This document shows, in pieces, positions 6,649 through 11,671 of a stretch of DNA of 11,671 nt (its first letter is position 1; every line of letters starts with the position of its first letter). Under the pieces are notes generated by a model. That model made no database searches, was not told where the DNA came from, and was given only the letters and a program-made list of their open reading frames with translations. The stretch is from contig JAYEOW010000036.1 of the NCBI GenBank assembly GCA_034723395.1, forward strand, positions 1 to 11,671, given 5' to 3'. The position numbers were made by a program, and so were the translations under genes. The DNA is from Candidatus Margulisiibacteriota bacterium. Its GTDB lineage: Bacteria > Margulisbacteria > WOR-1 > O2-12-FULL-45-9.

Positions 6649-7521
6649 ATGTCTAAAAAATTAAAAATTGGTCTTCCAAAAGGGAGCCTGCAGGAATCGA
6701 CCTTTGAACTCTTTAAAAAAGCGGGCTGGTCGATCAAAGCGCGCAGCCGTTCATACTATCCCTCGGTCGATGACCCGGAACTCGAGATCATGCTGATCCG
6801 GGCACAGGAGATGGCCCGCTATGTTGAAAGTGAAGTATTGGACTGCGGACTAACCGGTACCGACTGGGCATTGGAATCGGGATGTAAAGTCAGAAATATT
6901 GCCGATCTGGTTTATGCAAAACAGGGATTAAAAAAAGTAAGATGGGTCCTCGCTGTCCCTGAAGGATCAAAGATCAAAACGGTTAAGGACTTGAAGGGGG
7001 CAAGGATAGCGACCGAACTGATAAATGTGACAAAAAAATACTTAAAGGCGAATAAAGTAAATGCCAAAGTGGAGTTTTCCTGGGGAGCGACCGAAGCTAA
7101 GCCTCCGGAGTTGGCCGACGCGATCGTCGAGCTGACCGAGACCGGATCATCCTTAAAGGCGAACCGCTTGAAGATCATCGATACTGTGCTCGAATCGAAC
7201 ACCGCAGTCATCGCTAATAAAAAAACCTTGTCCGACCCGTGGAAGAAAGAGAAGCTCGAAAATATCATTCTCCTCTTAAAAGGAGCGCTTGCCGCCGAAA
7301 CGAAAGTCGGCTTAAAAATGGACGTGATCAAAAGCCGTTTTAGAAATGTCCTAAAGTTCCTCCCGGCGATCGAAAAACCGACCATCTCCGAACTTTCAAA
7401 TCCGGATTGGATCGCTATCGATACAGTAGTAGATGAATTTGTTGTAAGAGAATTAATACCAAAGCTGAAAAAAGCAGGGGCAAAAGGGATCATAGAGTAT
7501 CCGTTGAATAAAGTGATCTAG
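6649..7521 (+). CDS. hisG: ATP phosphoribosyltransferase, long form
   Basis: [51 protein letters not shown]-terminal regulatory domain (PTISEL...LKKAGAKGI). Confidence 0.97.
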   Translation: MSKKLKIGLPKGSLQESTFELFKKAGWSIKARSRSYYPSVDDPELEIMLIRAQEMARYVESEVLDCGLTGTDWALESGCKVRNIADLVYAKQGLKKVRWVLAVPEGSKIKTVKDLKGARIATELINVTKKYLKANKVNAKVEFSWGATEAKPPELADAIVELTETGSSLKANRLKIIDTVLESNTAVIANKKTLSDPWKKEKLENIILLLKGALAAETKVGLKMDVIKSRFRNVLKFLPAIEKPTISELSNPDWIAIDTVVDEFVVRELIPKLKKAGAKGIIEYPLNKVI

Positions 7522-8243
7522 TGATCGAGGGAGAGAATCCGGCCTCTTAACTCTTCGGCGACTTCTTTGTAGACATCGTAAGCCTGGGTCGTCTTCTTCT
7601 TTTCAATATACGGGCCCATTTCGATCGGTTTAGCAAAACTAACCTTTACTGGCCCCCTTTTTGGAAAGAGCTTATCATAACGGAGAGTATCAAATGTCCC
7701 GGAAATATAGACCGGCACCAAAGGAGCTCCGGTTTCAACCGCTAATACCCCTACCCCAGGATGGAAAGGGAGAAGTTTACCATCAGGAGAACGGGTCCCT
7801 TCCGGATTCATATAAACCGCCTTCCCCGCTTTAAGGATACGCGCCGCCGCCCGTAAAGCAACAAGAAAATCCTCTTCGGTATCGATCCTTACCGCGTTAG
7901 CCGCCGCCCGGATCCAGAAACCGGCAAACCAGTGGTCATAGAAAAATTTCGTAGTAATCGGATAGACATCCTTCATCTTTTTCCCCATAGCAACCGCAAC
8001 TGATGAAAAATCCAGCGAAGAGGAGTGATTTGCCGCAACAATATAAGGTGTTTTAGCCGGCACATTCTCTATCCCCGCAACCGTCTCCGGGCACCAAAGG
8101 CGAAAGAATAATCCCGAAGCGCAGCTCACCAGAGGACGAAGAATACGCTGGGGAGACTTATACCTATCAAGCAATCCCTCCGGCAAAGGACTATCTAATT
8201 CCAGCATTTTTCGCCAGTAGGCGGAGGTGTCTTGATCGGTCAT
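7518..8243 (-). CDS. PlsC-like lysophospholipid acyltransferase
   Basis: NHSSSLD (HX4D), PEGTRS, and [10 protein letters not shown] motifs; stop overlaps the hisG stop tail-to-tail (CTAG). Confidence 0.92.
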   Translation of the reverse strand: MTDQDTSAYWRKMLELDSPLPEGLLDRYKSPQRILRPLVSCASGLFFRLWCPETVAGIENVPAKTPYIVAANHSSSLDFSSVAVAMGKKMKDVYPITTKFFYDHWFAGFWIRAAANAVRIDTEEDFLVALRAAARILKAGKAVYMNPEGTRSPDGKLLPFHPGVGVLAVETGAPLVPVYISGTFDTLRYDKLFPKRGPVKVSFAKPIEMGPYIEKKKTTQAYDVYKEVAEELRGRILSLDH

Positions 8244-8485
8244 TTATTAAGCATACTTTTCACTAAAGCGATGATGTCATTTACCGCGCCCACATTTTTT
8301 AACTTATCTTCAGGCACGTCCAAACCGTATTTTTTGTCCAATGCCGCAAATATCTCGACCCCCAGGAGAGAATCTACTCCCAGCTCGGTAAAAAGATTGG
8401 CATTCAGATCTATTTTATCTTCGGGAATTTTAATAACCCTTGCGACCAACGTTTTAATTTCTTCAGCTATGCTATTTTCCTGCAT
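8240..8485 (-). CDS. Acyl carrier protein
   Basis: 81 aa, acidic, ELGVDSL phosphopantetheine-attachment motif; tightly packed against both neighbours. Confidence 0.93.
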   Translation of the reverse strand: MQENSIAEEIKTLVARVIKIPEDKIDLNANLFTELGVDSLLGVEIFAALDKKYGLDVPEDKLKNVGAVNDIIALVKSMLNK

Positions 8486-8486
8486 C

Positions 8487-10118
8487 TTACTTCCCCAACT
8501 CTTTTTTTAGCTCAAAACGCTTAATTTTCATCAAACGTGTTTTAGGTAATTCTTCTTTCCTGATTTTAAATTTCGCGATCCGCTTATAATCGGCCATTTT
8601 TCTGTTGACCCCGTCGATCTCTTCTTTTATTTTACTATAAACCGTAACCTCTTCGGCATATCCATGCTTCTCCAGATATTCAAAATCCGGAACAATGATC
8701 GCGAAGACCTCTTCGGTCCCCTTCCTTAAGCCCTCCGTTACGGTCGTCCCCATAACACAAACCTCTTTAATCCCCGGGATATTCTTAAGCAAATGCTCTA
8801 CCTCTTCCGGATAAACGTTTACTCCGGATGCGGTGACAATAACATCCTTCGACCGCCCTGTGATGTAAAGAAACCCATCCTCGTCAAGATACCCAACATC
8901 CCCCGTATGCAGCCACCCATTTACAACTACTCTCGAAGCAAGCTCCTTCCGCTTATAATACCCTTTCATGATATTCGGACCAAAAGCGAGGATTTCTCCT
9001 GCCAGCTCTGAGCCCGATATCCTGATCTCAACCCCAGGGATCACCTTCCCTACCGCACCAGGTTTATTACTCTTCGTATAATTGCAGGTTAAAATCGGAG
9101 AAGATTCGGTCAACCCGTAGCCCTGATAAATCGTAAATCCCATCAGATCAAAATTTTCGAGGAGGCCTGGATCGATCGCCGCCCCGCCAGAAACAAAAAA
9201 GCGGATCTTTCCTCCAAATTTTTTATGTACTACAGAAAATAATTTTCTTCCAACATTAATCCCGACAACACGTTTAAAGAATCTAGATATCCCAAAAAGG
9301 ACCGAAAAGAGTTTTCCCTTCCCCTTTTCTTCGACCTCACGCAGGATCCCATTATAAAAAAGCTGAAACAAAAGGGGTACCCCATTCATCACCGTTACCC
9401 CGGTCTCCTGCATATTCTTTAGTATGTTGTTCGATTTCAGGCTTTCGGCATAGGTTATCCGGCAACCGTTATAAAACGGCCCCAAGAATCCAGCGGTTGT
9501 TTCAAACGTGTGGTGCAATGGAAGGACCGAAAGAAAATTATCTTTCGGTCCAAGGTCGAACAGGGACGAAACGGAGCATACGTTGGACATGATATTTTTA
9601 TGGGTCAAGACAACCCCTTTTGGAATGCCGGTTGTCCCGGAGGTATAGACTATCGCCGCGGTATCCTCCGGTTTTACATCTACATCCGGGAGTTGAGAAC
9701 TCCCTTGGACATTATCAAAATCCTCCATCTTCACCTGGCCAATAGGAACATTCCCTCCTGCAAAGTATCCGGTAAATTTTTCCGAATAGATGATCGTCTT
9801 TGCTCCAGAATCATTTAAAAGGGGTAAAATCTCTTCTTTACTAAGCATTGCATCCAGCGGAACCACAATCGCCCCCAACGAAACAATGGCGATATAAGAT
9901 ATCGCCCATTCCGGACAGTTCTCCGAGATCAGCGCGACCCGGTCCTGATATACCACTCCCTGATTTAAAAGTATCCCCTGGACTTTTTCAACTTGTTCCG
10001 CAACCTGTTGGAAAGTAATCTTGCGATAACCGGAATCGCCGCGCATCTGGAAAGCAATTTGATTGCGGTACTTATCCACGTTCCGCTTTAACAGCTCTTT
10101 AATAGTAATTAGTTCCAT
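8487..10118 (-). CDS. Long-chain fatty acid-CoA/ACP ligase (AMP-binding family)
   Basis: YTSGTTGIPKG, LPLHHTFE, SGGA, QGYGLTE, GWLHTGDVG, GRSKD, NVYPEEVE, LPKT..MKIKR. Confidence 0.93.
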   Translation of the reverse strand: MELITIKELLKRNVDKYRNQIAFQMRGDSGYRKITFQQVAEQVEKVQGILLNQGVVYQDRVALISENCPEWAISYIAIVSLGAIVVPLDAMLSKEEILPLLNDSGAKTIIYSEKFTGYFAGGNVPIGQVKMEDFDNVQGSSQLPDVDVKPEDTAAIVYTSGTTGIPKGVVLTHKNIMSNVCSVSSLFDLGPKDNFLSVLPLHHTFETTAGFLGPFYNGCRITYAESLKSNNILKNMQETGVTVMNGVPLLFQLFYNGILREVEEKGKGKLFSVLFGISRFFKRVVGINVGRKLFSVVHKKFGGKIRFFVSGGAAIDPGLLENFDLMGFTIYQGYGLTESSPILTCNYTKSNKPGAVGKVIPGVEIRISGSELAGEILAFGPNIMKGYYKRKELASRVVVNGWLHTGDVGYLDEDGFLYITGRSKDVIVTASGVNVYPEEVEHLLKNIPGIKEVCVMGTTVTEGLRKGTEEVFAIIVPDFEYLEKHGYAEEVTVYSKIKEEIDGVNRKMADYKRIAKFKIRKEELPKTRLMKIKRFELKKELGK

Positions 10119-10143
10119 ATTACCCCCTTTGGAGAAATCAGGT

Positions 10144-10740
10144 TCAGACCGCCATCATCTGCATGTACATCGGCCCGTAAAGCGCGCCGAATACGATTGC
10201 AGAGAGGATAAAATTTACGACCATACTTACCAGGATGATCGAGATGGTAAACCATACTACTTTATTCTCCGGAGTGTTAAGCACAACTGGAAATCCCAAA
10301 GCCAAGAGGTAGATGGCATATAATCCGAGGATCCCCAATATCCCCAATCCAGGGACCAGCGAAAAAATACCGACCAGCCAGACCGGCGTCATTGAGTAAA
10401 CAACGACTTTAAATGCGTCCGCCAGATCCGCCTTTGAATTAAAAGTGGGCGCTAAAAGTTTAACGATCCAGGCACCAATTATCAGTCCCAGTAAGCTCAA
10501 ACCGTAACCGATCGCCGAACCGATCAGGGTCGGTACAAATGGGGACCTCATTACTTCCCCGGCAGGCATGCGAATCCCAACGATTGTCATTCCGATCAGG
10601 GAACAAACCGCCGGGATCAGGGCGAGCGGAGCAGCGTAATTCAGGTACAGGGCTTTGATATCGGACGGCTCATCTTTGATAACCTTCCAGGCCGCCTTCG
10701 GCTTCATTATGATCTCTTTTATTCTCTCTATAATTTTCAT
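10144..10740 (-). CDS. Yip1-family membrane protein
   Basis: IIMKPKAAWKVIKDE amphipathic start, about five TM segments, LAPTF, VVVYSMTPVWL, LYAIYLLALG; GGAGG RBS upstream. Confidence 0.85.
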   Translation of the reverse strand: MKIIERIKEIIMKPKAAWKVIKDEPSDIKALYLNYAAPLALIPAVCSLIGMTIVGIRMPAGEVMRSPFVPTLIGSAIGYGLSLLGLIIGAWIVKLLAPTFNSKADLADAFKVVVYSMTPVWLVGIFSLVPGLGILGILGLYAIYLLALGFPVVLNTPENKVVWFTISIILVSMVVNFILSAIVFGALYGPMYMQMMAV

Positions 10741-10764
10741 CGGGACACCTCCATATTTTTTTGC

Positions 10765-10801
10765 TCCAACTCCGTCCCAATATTATCGGAGCTTCGTTGG
10801 A
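10765..10801. repeat. Degenerate REP-like imperfect palindrome
   Basis: TCCAAC-TCCG-tcccaatattat-CGGA-gcttc-GTTGGA in the predicted yip1 5' leader. Confidence 0.5.
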
Positions 10802-10805
10802 TAAA

Positions 10806-10851
10806 ATTTTATCACTTGCAACTTGTTATTACAAGTTGCTTTTGCTAGAAT
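10806..10851. promoter_or_regulatory. Overlapping divergent promoters with a central palindromic operator
   Basis: GCAACTTGT-TATT-ACAAGTTGC (10818-10839). Plus: TTGTTA-17-TAGAAT. Minus: TTGTAA-17-TAAAAT. Both have TGn extensions. Confidence 0.65.
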
Positions 10852-10875
10852 CGCATCAATATATGGGAGGTTCAC

Positions 10876-11671
10876 ATGATGTTAAATAAAACATTAGTTT
10901 CGATCATTGTTCTCTCGTTAATATCCCAGGTTGCTCTGGCCGATTTCGGGCCGAGAGCGCTCGGTATGGGCGGAGCTTATACGGCAATTGCGGACGATGC
11001 CTATGCCGCCTACTGGAATCCGGCCGGTTTCGCAATCAACCCGGGGATCGATCTCGCCGGGCATTACCAGATGAACAACCGAAATCTCGCCGTCGGCGAT
11101 AACGCGCTCGGGCTTAAGGCCTGTTTTGAACTGGAGATGAACCCATTTGCCTGGGCATTAGGTGTCGGAGTCGCCTCCATGTTCGCCCTCGAAGGAGCGC
11201 ACTATTTGGCCGACCGCGGGATCGTAAAAAAAGGATGGGGAAGAGAGGGAAAAGCGGTCTCAAAAAAAGAGGCGGTGGCGGATGACGTAAAGGCTGACAC
11301 AGAAAAAAGAGAGGCCGCTGGCGAAAAAGTTGAACGAAAACCAATTTCCCGCAAAGCGGTCGCTAAAAAAGCGGCCAAAGAGGTTGCTTTAGGGACAATT
11401 TCCGTAAGTAAAAAATTGGCAAAAGCGGCGGTAAGAGAAGCTGCCCGTCAAACTAGACATTACTATTACGCCCCCGGATGGTACCGGCCCAGCTATTACC
11501 GGCCAAACTACTGGGATAACCGCTATGATTATAGGGAAAAGGAATTAACTCCTGCCGGCAAGGCGCAGTTTGCCGCCGGCTTCAGCTTGATGACCGACAG
11601 GAACGACAGCTTGAACCAGAACACTAACTGGTACACAATTTCTCCCCAGCCGGAGGCGATCGAAAATGTGT
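10876..11671 (+). CDS. Outer-membrane beta-barrel protein of the FadL/PorV/UPF0164-like group (partial, open to the window end)
   Basis: Not in the ORF track. GGAGG RBS at 10866-10870; MMLNKTLVSIIVLSLISQVALA|DFGPRALGMGGAYTAIADDAYAAYWNPAGFA gives a signal peptide plus the R-LGMGGA...NPAG N-terminal motif; no stop to 11671. Confidence 0.85.
   Translation, partial: MMLNKTLVSIIVLSLISQVALADFGPRALGMGGAYTAIADDAYAAYWNPAGFAINPGIDLAGHYQMNNRNLAVGDNALGLKACFELEMNPFAWALGVGVASMFALEGAHYLADRGIVKKGWGREGKAVSKKEAVADDVKADTEKREAAGEKVERKPISRKAVAKKAAKEVALGTISVSKKLAKAAVREAARQTRHYYYAPGWYRPSYYRPNYWDNRYDYREKELTPAGKAQFAAGFSLMTDRNDSLNQNTNWYTISPQPEAIENV

Noticed and set aside
6273..7493. Minus-strand ORFs 6273-6737 and 6912-7493
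   Set aside because: Antisense shadows of the DJ-1/PfpI gene and hisG.
10800..10839. Assigning the palindromes to Rex, Fur or FNR
   Set aside because: Neither matches those consensus sequences well enough; left unassigned.
11114..11344. 76-aa minus-strand ORF
   Set aside because: Shadow of the K/A/E-rich part of the plus-strand barrel gene.
1..11671. CRISPR array, tRNA/rRNA, transposase, integrase or prophage
   Set aside because: No regularly spaced repeats, structural RNA signatures or mobile-element ORFs found by eye.

Overview
Bacterial chromosomal segment, mostly housekeeping genes. The style of the secreted-protein N-termini and the gene set suggest a candidate-phylum diderm such as Saganbacteria/WOR-1, but this is an unverified impression. 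Left arm (minus strand): a single-domain response regulator and rseC, then rnfC-D-G-E, with rnfE cut by the window edge. Upstream (4020-5088) is an apparent deletion scar. A secreted ~98-aa-repeat protein has no start codon for its signal peptide and breaks off in its third repeat. It is joined out of frame to an AAA+ ATPase remnant that lacks Walker A and seems to have a second internal deletion right after Walker B. Middle: a small membrane protein divergent from panD, a signal-peptide-bearing DJ-1/PfpI gene with a nested palindromic element at its 5' end, and long-form hisG. Right: Yip1 protein, acyl-AMP ligase, ACP and PlsC-type acyltransferase (minus), divergent from a FadL/PorV-like outer-membrane barrel gene (plus, partial, missing from the ORF track). 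The two sides share mirror-symmetric overlapping promoters built on a 9-4-9 palindrome, a candidate fatty-acid/lipid scavenging module. The last ~35 nt look like a fold-back inversion. No rRNA, tRNA, CRISPR array or transposase was seen.
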